This document shows positions 55,201 to 64,000 of a stretch of DNA of 64,000 nt, piece after piece (within the stretch, counting starts at the first letter, position 1; each line of letters begins with the position of its first letter). Below the pieces are notes generated by a model. The model saw only the letters and a program-made list of their open reading frames with translations, made no database searches and was not told the DNA's origin. Both the position numbers and the translations under genes were made by a program. Location: positions 558,001 through 622,000 of the forward strand of contig OW569350.1 of NCBI GenBank assembly GCA_937625935.1, given 5' to 3'. The DNA comes from Tetramitus jugosus (Eukaryota > Protista > Heterolobosea).

Positions 55201-58124
55201 CTGTGAATAAGAACTCGAGTAGTTTGATTTTTAAACTCGAGAGAACTTGATGAGGTATCTGACCGCTTGGATATTCTTCACCATTAAACAATTTGTTCAA
55301 ATATTCGAATAACATATTTTTCATCCGATCGAATGTCGAGATTTCTGTTTGAGGGAGGACTTTCTCTTCATCAGTCTCATCTACGCTCTCCTCTCTTCTT
55401 TTTAGTTTGAATACAATCCGAAGCAGGATCTTCAATGGTGATAAGTAATCCTTCTTAGCCCGATTCATTATGTACACATACGCTTTATACATTTTGTGCC
55501 TTAAACAGCGCACCAGCAAATCGTTAATGTTTCTATAGGGTTCAACATTAATATTAATTAAACACTCTTCTAGACGTCTGAAATCCTTCTTCTGAGTGCA
55601 TACAGCTACAAGTTCGCTCGTGAAATCTTCTGGCAATTTGCGGAGTCTGCCACAAACCACTAAGTTTTCAACAATTCTCAAAAATAATCGTGATTGTTGA
55701 CATTCTCTAAATCGTTCGAATATTCCTGTAAATATCAGGTCCTCTCCTTGAATTTCAAGTGCTATTTCTATACAATACAAGGCAACCTCCTCAAAGAATT
55801 TCTCCTTATTGGCTTCGTCGGTAAACGAACTAGACGAGACACTCAATAATTGGGCATCCAAATATTCAATCAAAATTTGACTGATAACTTGTCCCACAAG
55901 TAATTGCTGATAGAAAGTATCCGTGGGGAGCCCAATCACAGCCAACTCTCGTCCTTGATAAAAATCTAAGGCAAGTTGCAATGTATCCCTCCATGACCCA
56001 GTTTCGAGCAGAGCGTCAATTCGCTGCTTCCAACTCAGGACTTTCACTGACACAATCTGTTTTGATCCGAGAAGAAAAAGCATGCCCGCATTCTCTTCAT
56101 AGGAATGATGGTAAGACATGATCGGGACTTTGGAAACAGTTGCTTGATCGTTTGATTCAGATTTTTCCTCTATGTCCATGAAGCGAGAATGATGCACCAT
56201 CTCAATCTCTCTCACACTAATAGATTGGACCTTTTGTTGTACAAAGGGATCAGCAACCGTCATTTTAAAAGAGGAGTCAACAAATGCTAGCACCCGTTCT
56301 TCTAACCAGCACAGCCCAATTACATCGTGAGTAACATGCATATAGGACACACGATCCATCTCTAATGTTCTCCTCTCCTTATATATATAAAATTGAAATA
56401 GATTAATAATGTTTCCCCAACCGACTGCCAAGTGAGGATTTCTTCCTTTTACCTCCATCACCTCATTGTCTTCCTGTGGAACATACAAAGGAAGAGAAAC
56501 ACGTCTCCATGCTAAGTAAGGCACACTCGTAGGTCCTGCTTCAGTCGGCTTCGTGAGACGGTATAGAATTTGAAAGGTGGGAGCTGAACTGAGATTGACG
56601 ATGAGCACTTGAGAATCAGTTGCCACTGCAATAAGCATGAACACATTCGTTGGATGAGGAGCTAAACCGGCTCCCAGAACATTGACATGACGAATCGGTC
56701 CAAATTTTGCTTTTGGGCCAAGTACAAGCCTCACATCGGAAGAATACCCAAACAATGCCTTGCTCACTGTGACCATAAATAGCACGCTATGGCAGCTCAC
56801 AACAAACTGCATCTTATCATGCAAAAAACACACATTATCAATACTGTATGAAGGCAGTGACTTAATTTTGGAGGAGGATTCTGAGAGAAGTCCTGCAATC
56901 GTGAAACGCTTAAGCACAGATTTGGTTCTAGTGTCCCATAGAACCACTTGACCTCTTTCGTAACCACTTAAAATGAAATCACCAGATGGTGTGATATCCA
57001 AGCTAGTCACAGAATTACACTGATTCATATCCTTGTACTGTTTACCACTCTCATCTAAACATTGTATTAGAATCACAAAATCAAAGCAGAGCATCAAAGG
57101 ACAATAATCTCTCATGATACATACCGAGTCGTAATTGCGACACCTTACGGTCTTGTCTTCCAAACAACAAAACAATTCCATGAGAGGTACCAATCGCATA
57201 ATAGGCAGGACAAATTCGAAATGCACGAGCACGTCCCTTCTCTGTTCTATTAGTCTTTGCGCTCAAATAATCGCTCAGCTGTTTTAACACTTCTTGCTCG
57301 ACAAAGTGAGATCTCACACTCTGAATATGCTTTGCGCGCTTCTCTTCTTCATCCATATCGCTCACTTCGCTGTTTAATTGATCAGATAAATGTGATAAAT
57401 CAGTCATACTTGCTCCCCGTTCCAAATATTGTCTTGTTTCTTGACTAGAAAACAAATCGGCAGGAACTGAAGACGCAGAAGATGGCGAATGTATCGTTGG
57501 TGAGGCGACTCGCTTCGCAGACCGCAACAACCGATCAATATCATCAATTGCTTGTTGATCGACCTCCATCTCTTCTTCCTCCTGTTGCTGTACAATATCA
57601 TAATGATAGTCATCTTGGTTGTTTCGCATTTTTCGCTGCACCTCTTCTCTTTCTAACCGTTCTCTCTCTTCTCTTTCTTCCTTCTCCAATTTTCTTCGCT
57701 TATTCTCCAATTCAACTTGTTCTGCCTCGTGTCGCAACCTCTTCTCTTCTTCTTCTCTCTTGCGTTTCGTCAAATAATCTTCAATTTCTCGCCTTCGATC
57801 ATCATAATGCAATTCTTGCAACACTTCATCCACCAACAATGCATCACTACTATTCGTCTTATAAAATTGAGCACTGGCCAATGTTGATTGATCCATCAGT
57901 GCATCAAAACAATTTTTTGTCAAGAGTGATGATGGTGAATAAGGAGATTCGAGTGATTGCGCAGTTGATGATGTGAATGCATTGCTATTGCTATTGTTGT
58001 TGTTGTTGTTGATGATGATGCTCTCATCAATCAAATAATCACCAATATTGAAATCATTGACAGACGCCAATATGCTCTGCAGTAGTTGTTCATTTAGTGT
58101 GTCGTCGTCCTCGTCACCACCCAT
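52286..58124 (-). CDS. VPS8: CORVET subunit Vps8; intron 57055-57124
   Basis: WD40 region (AIGTSHG, VTSLDI...LSGYERGQVVLWD), HLAVGWG, SWKQRI, DYLSPL, clathrin-repeat-like region, C-terminal RING-H2 (C..C...FDCGHAFHNNC...CPIC); a 70-nt GTATGT...TTAG intron joins the ORFs in frame. Confidence 0.88.
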
Positions 58125-58327
58125 TTTTTGATTTTATGTTGTTGGATCAGGTTGACGATGATGATCGAGTGAATTTTGTTGTTGTTCTTCTGTTCTGTTC
58201 TGTTTGTTTTCTTTCGTTTTGATTTTTGGAGGAAGATTTTGCAAGAAGCTTTTTCGACTGTTCAAAAAGGGAGGAAGAGACGATGACGTGTGGATCACAA
58301 AAGAACGAGCTTATGGTGGTGTCTGTT

Positions 58328-59736
58328 TTATTCCTTGGCAGCCAACTTGGCTGCTTCTTCATTCACAACCTTCATGAGCTTGTCTGCACTCTCTGCCTTT
58401 TGGAATCGAATCAAGAATGTACTAATGTGAGACTCTCCCTTCTCATCTGTCACGTTTGCATTCAACAATGCACTCTTGTCTCCACGCTTGGTACACTTCA
58501 TTCCTGGGAAGACCATTGAATTCAAAATTACACTCAAAACATTCTCCTTTCTCATGATCAATCGAGCCTTTGATCCATCCTTTTGAACATTGACCTTCAA
58601 AACTCCTATTCCACGTTCCTTCCAGTCAATCACACTCTTTTCACCTTCTCCGTTCTTTATCATTTCAAATAGTTTGCCAGTTTCTTGATACAGAGTTTGT
58701 TCTTCTTCCTCACCAGTCTTCACAGGCTCATCAGAGAATTTGACATCACGAGCAACGAAATCTCCCACAACTTCACTCTCTTCAGTGGCACCCAAATCTT
58801 CTTCTTTTGGCTTGGAGTCACTGCCCCATGTTGGTACTTCTGTTTGACTGAATGAAGTGAAAGCGGATCCACCTTCCAAATTCAATGAAGATTGACTGAA
58901 ATCAAAGCTAAATGCCGGTGTTCCAGTAGCTGACGTTCCAAATGAGAAGGCAAATGGTGATTTTTGTTGTTCGGTAGTCTTCTTCTCCTCTTCAGCAGTG
59001 GTAGTAGTGGCGGTAGTGGTTGTAGTGGATCCTTCATCACTCTTGGCAGTCGTGTCAGCAGTGGCAACAGCTGGTGTTTCGAATGAAAACTTGAAATCAG
59101 GTGATCCGTTGAATTGGAATCCACCTGATGATGCTGCTGCTGCTGCTGCTTCTGTTGGCTTGTCTGTGGTAGTAGTTGTTGGTGCTCCGAATGAGAATGG
59201 AATAGAAGTAGTGGTGGTGGTAGTAGTAGTTGAAGCATCAGATGATCCCCATGTGAATCCACTAGCAGGTGCCTCAGAAGTTGTTGCTCCTTCATCAGTT
59301 GTTGATGTTGTTGTGGATCCGAATGAGAATGGAATCACTGGTGATGCTTCAGGTGTGGATGCGTCAGAAGAAGAAGTGACATGAGGCTTCTTTCTCTTGA
59401 CCTTGAATATTCTGTAGAGTTGCATCGTTCAACATCAAGTTCAGTTAACATTCACACAGGCACACAATGGTTTTCGAACGGAATATGATACAAAAAGGAA
59501 TAAGTGGTCAGCACATGAAATTTTCTTGCAAATGATAATCCAACATCACACACACACACACACATATTACTGGAATTGTGATATCATTGGTTGATTGATG
59601 AATATGATTATTACCTTCTCTTCGCTAATTCTTCTCCGTCGGCAGTTGGCATTTCACCAACATAATTCTTCTCGTTGTATTCCTCTTCTGGTTCCTGGTC
59701 TTTTGTGAGTTCTGATTCTGCTGATCTCTTGCTCAT
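58328..59736 (-). CDS. NUP50: Nucleoporin Nup50/Nup2; exon 1 59615-59736, intron 59412-59614
   Basis: Spliced N-terminus MSKRSAESELTKD...ELAKRRIFKVKR (NUP50 motif); FSFG/FTWG repeats; C-terminal Ran-binding domain (VKTGEEEE, WKERGIG). Confidence 0.85.
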
Positions 59737-59955
59737 TTTGTGTATACGTCGTTCGCTATTGTCGTCGTGTGTAACTTTTTTCAGTGTGTGATGATCGTTT
59801 CAAAGTTCAACAATTTTTATTGAGCGCTCCAAATCTGTAATTTTCTCCGAAATCAAATCGGAAGAACCAGGCAAAAATTTTTCATGCTTGTCTGTGTGAT
59901 GTGGGAACAAAAACAATTCACGCAGCAACAACAACAAGCTTAATTCAACAGAACA

Positions 59956-60297
59956 ATGGTCATCGCAAAGAGTTCATCATCCAAGAGAGCCAACATCAAC
60001 CCAACAACTGAAGGCTTCACTGTTCCATCCACTGGTCCAGCAGCAGTCAACACCAAAATTGATAATTTGAACTTTACGTCATCATCATCGTCCAGCACAC
60101 CAAAGATTGACCCTTTCAGTCATAGTCACCTCAATGTCTCTAAAAAAACATTCTCTGGTGCCAAGTGGATCGGAGCCGGACTTTTTGCTGTTGTTTTCTC
60201 CGTTTATGGATTTACGATGCATCAATTGTCGCAAGAAGATTTTAGTGATATTACCATACCAGAGTCGATCAAGCAACAGAGACAAAAGGAAGAGTAA
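59956..60297 (+). CDS. Cytochrome c oxidase assembly factor 3 (Coa3/CCDC56)-like
   Basis: Single TM GAGLFAVVFSVYGFTM followed by QEDFSD. Confidence 0.65.
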   Translation: MVIAKSSSSKRANINPTTEGFTVPSTGPAAVNTKIDNLNFTSSSSSSTPKIDPFSHSHLNVSKKTFSGAKWIGAGLFAVVFSVYGFTMHQLSQEDFSDITIPESIKQQRQKEE

Positions 60298-60732
60298 GCT
60301 AACTACCTACACTCATGTTATGGTTGAGTGAAAAAAAAACGGTGCATGAGTGTGTAAAGTAAGTACGTGGAGAGAAAAACAACAACAGAAAGGGGAATCG
60401 ACGATAGAATGTATGATGAGTAGAGTGGGGTGGCCGTTGTTTGATGATGCGATCAGATTTTTATTATAAAGCTCTCTACAACTGTTTGTCGCTTAGCGTA
60501 TACAACGTGCGCTCAATTTTGTACCCATTTTTGCTATTGTAGATATATATAAGAACAACAGTTAAAACACATAAATTCATTTTTCTTTGATTCAAATCAC
60601 TTTGTGGTTCAGTTTATTTCTTTGTATTGGGTTCATCCTTGCAAGATGAAATCTTCTCTCAGGAGTGGTTGTGAATAACCAAAATGCCCAATTCTGAAAA
60701 ATCAGAACAAACAAACACTTCACAGAAAAAAA

Positions 60733-62787
60733 ATGATACCATCCACACCTCCATCATCACGATCCGGTTTCATCCCAGACGAAACAGAAGAAGAAGAGGA
60801 AGACGACGAGCAAGAATACAGTACATCCAGTGCCAACAGCAGCGGCACAACAAACTCTGACAATGATGACACTGATCAGGATGATGATGATGATGACAGT
60901 CAAGAAGAAGAAGATGATGATGATAATAATGACAGCAGTGAAAATCATGATTCGAACAAGATGATGAAAACACCAACAATGAACAAGAAACAAAATCCAC
61001 CATCAATGATTGGCACTACAACTACATTGAGACACACTGCTCTCTTGAACAATAATAATAATAGAAATAATACTAGCAATAATAACAATAATAATCATAA
61101 TGAGAAGAAGAAAAATGAGGATGATGGTGGTGATGAACATTCGGGTTACATTTCATCTCCCCATACGAGCAACAGTATCACTCCGATTGCAACGCCTATT
61201 CATTTGCGTCGAAGAGTTTCTTCCTTTTATGATCAACAACCAGAGTCATCATCATCATCGTCGACAAGAAATCAACAAAAGGATCACAATGAACAAAATT
61301 TACCAACAAAAAACAAGAAGCATAGAGTATCGGATGCATTATTGACAGAGTATCGAAATGCACTCATGCAAGAGAGATCTCAGAGATTGATGCTACAGGA
61401 TTTGTGTTATCGTCAATTGAAACGATTGGAAAAGATGAAGGGAGAAGCAAAATCAAAGCACGAAGCTCTATTGGAAGTAGCGATGCGTAACATGTCACTC
61501 GAAGAAGAGTTGGACAAGTTGAGAAAGGATGCTACGACTACTCCTCGCTCTCCTCACGGTACCAATAATAGTGGTATGATGATGACGAATGAGAACAGTA
61601 GTGAATCATCTTCTGGTGCGAGTCAAGTCAAGAAACCTCAAATATTTATGAAGATGCTTGGATTGAACAAATCGTCAAGCAAGAGCAATCCAACAGTGCA
61701 GTCTCATCAACATCAGAGACAAAATATGACAAACACTGGTGGTGGAGCATCAATGAATGAAAGTGGTCATAGCTATGGAGTTGCAACGGATGAGCAGACA
61801 TCACCAGATACTAGCTCATTCAACTCTCCTATGCCTGCTAGTTATAGTGGCGCTCAGTCGACGAACAACTCTACATTAGATGATGAAGAAGTAGCAAGAG
61901 GTGAGTTGACAGTAGGAAGTGGGGTTGGTGGTGGATTTTCAATGCTCATGTCTTCCTTCAAGGAGAAGAGTGGAATTGATAAGGTGCCTAAAAAGTCTGG
62001 CAAGAATCAACAGCAACTCACCCAACAACAAGAAAAATCCATTGCAAAATTGGAGAGACAACTGGCTGAGTTACAGAATAAGGACGAAGAGACAGAACAA
62101 CGATTAAAAGCGAACGAAGAAGTGATCAGTTACCTGAAATCACAACACAGAGTAACGAGAGACCTTCTAGAAGGAACAAAGGGTAAACTGTCAAAATCAT
62201 TGCGCCAATGTAAATTATTGAATAAGGAGAGAAGTAGATTGAATGAAGAAGTGGAACAGTTAAAGTCACAACTTTCAGACAACATGAACAAGCTTGAGAA
62301 ATGGCAAGAGCTGTTACAAATTACTGAGGCAGAGGCAAAACAACTGAGAGAGCAAACAGTTCCAACAATGCAACAACAGATTACTGAGTTGAAAGACGAT
62401 GTGAATACTAAGAACTTGACAATTTCGCAGTTGAGTGATAAGTTGGTTCGCCTTAAAGATCAACTCAATACTGTTCGATTGCAATTACGGAAGTTTGCAG
62501 TGAGTCGCTGCCATAAGTTCAAACCAAAGACTGACGCTACAATAGTACTTCACAAAAATCCAATGAACAATGTGTTTATGATTGACATATTGGAGGGATC
62601 AAAGAATCAAAAGCTTCTTTACTCTTACCCTATGAATATGATCAGTGATGTGCAACTGACAGATAAGAGGAATAGATTTTGCATCACGTTTTCCAATAAT
62701 ATAACGGAGTGGTTTGAATCTGTGAACTGCAACGATGTGGTGGACAATCTCAGAGAGTTTATGATAATTGTTGGAGCGGAGCAGTAA
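60733..62787 (+). CDS. Low-complexity and coiled-coil protein with a C-terminal PH-like domain
   Basis: 684-aa ORF; acidic and Asn tracts, heptads, and a beta-rich C-terminus ending in a helix (EWFESVNCNDVVDNLREF). Confidence 0.7.
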   Translation: MIPSTPPSSRSGFIPDETEEEEEDDEQEYSTSSANSSGTTNSDNDDTDQDDDDDDSQEEEDDDDNNDSSENHDSNKMMKTPTMNKKQNPPSMIGTTTTLRHTALLNNNNNRNNTSNNNNNNHNEKKKNEDDGGDEHSGYISSPHTSNSITPIATPIHLRRRVSSFYDQQPESSSSSSTRNQQKDHNEQNLPTKNKKHRVSDALLTEYRNALMQERSQRLMLQDLCYRQLKRLEKMKGEAKSKHEALLEVAMRNMSLEEELDKLRKDATTTPRSPHGTNNSGMMMTNENSSESSSGASQVKKPQIFMKMLGLNKSSSKSNPTVQSHQHQRQNMTNTGGGASMNESGHSYGVATDEQTSPDTSSFNSPMPASYSGAQSTNNSTLDDEEVARGELTVGSGVGGGFSMLMSSFKEKSGIDKVPKKSGKNQQQLTQQQEKSIAKLERQLAELQNKDEETEQRLKANEEVISYLKSQHRVTRDLLEGTKGKLSKSLRQCKLLNKERSRLNEEVEQLKSQLSDNMNKLEKWQELLQITEAEAKQLREQTVPTMQQQITELKDDVNTKNLTISQLSDKLVRLKDQLNTVRLQLRKFAVSRCHKFKPKTDATIVLHKNPMNNVFMIDILEGSKNQKLLYSYPMNMISDVQLTDKRNRFCITFSNNITEWFESVNCNDVVDNLREFMIIVGAEQ

Positions 62788-62862
62788 CCGAGAAGCAAAT
62801 ACTAATACAACACTAATTTATTTTTCATCTCCACTTGATCATTCTCCTGAGTGTTTGGATCT

Positions 62863-64000
62863 CTAAAATGATAGAGCTCTCACTACTTCCTTCAACCTCT
62901 TACTCATATCATCATTCTGAGGATAGCTCAATTCGGCTGCCTGCTTGTTCACATCATCCAACTTCTGCTTGACTTGCTTTTCAAGTTTTTCCAGGTTGAT
63001 GGTATCTCTTGTATCGAGATTCTGAAGCTTCTCCTTAAATGACTCTTGGAGCAGATCGACTTTGGTCATTAATTCGGAATGCTTTGCCAATTGAGATGAT
63101 ATTTCCTTTTGAAACTTGTTATATGAATCCTTCATTCTTTTGGCTTGTGATGAGATGTTGGACTTGACTTGTTCCATTTTCTCGAGGTAGTTCTTGTACA
63201 GATCAGCTCGGTCTCTATCACTACAGGCAGCTAGTTCAGTCATCTTTTCATCCATGAACTCGATGACTCCTCTTTTTAGAGTTTCAATTTTCCTCCTCTT
63301 AGTTTCCATCTTCTTCTTGATTGCCGATTGCATGATGGTCATGACTCCCTGCAAAAGTTCACCTTCGTCTCCAAATTCTGAAAAGTTTGGAAAGTCAAGT
63401 GCTGGTGGAGGTGTTGACGAGATAACTTGTGAAGGATCGGATTCATCATCATTCTCTTCATCAGAGTCTACAACAGCATCTGTGATCGGTCGTTTCTTTC
63501 CTCGTCGACCTGGAGACACCTTATCGGAGAATACATGCTTTTTGATGGTGTCTGTTAGATCAAAATCGTCGAATGTTGTGTCGAGTTCACTCGTCTCAGT
63601 AAAGAGCCTTCTAGGTTTCAGTTTTGGTGCTGGCAAGATTGGTTTAGTAAATGGAGAAGGAGGTTTGGTAACATTCACAATCGATTGGAAGTTTTGCATG
63701 ACGGGAGCTAATTCGTCTTCAGGACTCTCTGGTTCTTCGTCCAAAACCTTCTCTAGTTCTTCTCCAGCCAATTGCTCAGGGGTTTTTGAAATTTCACCTC
63801 TCTTCTTTGCAGGTGGTTTGGCCTTTGCCTTGGTAGACTTGTTCACCTTCTTGGGAATAGTTTTTGCTTTGTTCTTGTCAGGCTTTGGAGTATTCACTTC
63901 TTCTACTTCTTCTGGTTGATTAACTTCTTTTGACTTCTTGTTCCTGGTTGTGGTTCTAGTGGTTCTCTGGACTTTAGGTTTCGCTTGTTTCTTGTTTGTG
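62863..64000 (-). CDS. 5'-truncated protein with a disordered basic/acidic region and a C-terminal coiled coil
   Basis: Frame appears to stay open to the window edge; C-terminal about 150 aa of heptads. Confidence 0.7.
   Translation of the reverse strand, partial: TNKKQAKPKVQRTTRTTTRNKKSKEVNQPEEVEEVNTPKPDKNKAKTIPKKVNKSTKAKAKPPAKKRGEISKTPEQLAGEELEKVLDEEPESPEDELAPVMQNFQSIVNVTKPPSPFTKPILPAPKLKPRRLFTETSELDTTFDDFDLTDTIKKHVFSDKVSPGRRGKKRPITDAVVDSDEENDDESDPSQVISSTPPPALDFPNFSEFGDEGELLQGVMTIMQSAIKKKMETKRRKIETLKRGVIEFMDEKMTELAACSDRDRADLYKNYLEKMEQVKSNISSQAKRMKDSYNKFQKEISSQLAKHSELMTKVDLLQESFKEKLQNLDTRDTINLEKLEKQVKQKLDDVNKQAAELSYPQNDDMSKRLKEVVRALSF

Noticed and set aside
59546-59564. (CA)n microsatellite
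   Set aside because: Short intronic simple repeat with no sign of function.

Overview
Gene-dense eukaryotic DNA in the standard genetic code, with few short GT-AG introns and Asn/Gln/acidic low-complexity tracts. The gene content (RCC1, F-box and ankyrin proteins) suggests a free-living protist, possibly a heterolobosean; this is inference. It holds about 25 protein-coding genes: CDF zinc transporter, YeiH-type transporter, phosphatidylserine decarboxylase, inositol monophosphatase, GNL1/Lsg1 GTPase, sirtuin, SDR, CAR-like A-T-R enzyme, ALDH, VPS8, NUP50, COA3-like and others. There are also three tRNA genes and an apparently complete two-gene PIF/Harbinger-like DNA transposon (4025-6616). 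The main find is a roughly 12 kb repeat island (about 34.8-46.7 kb). Here non-LTR retroelements are stacked head-to-tail 30-56 bp upstream of two tRNA genes (Ala-AGC, Leu-AAG), always with their 5' ends facing the tRNA. They show re-duplicated target sites, a shared 3' signature (hairpin + AATAAA + GTTGTAT + poly-A), an intact ORF1-only element and a structured SINE-like unit. Two unusual fusion proteins also stand out: SPX-PS decarboxylase (head-to-head with an inositol monophosphatase) and ZPR1-domain-carboxylic acid reductase. All calls come from motif reading by eye; no database searches were run.
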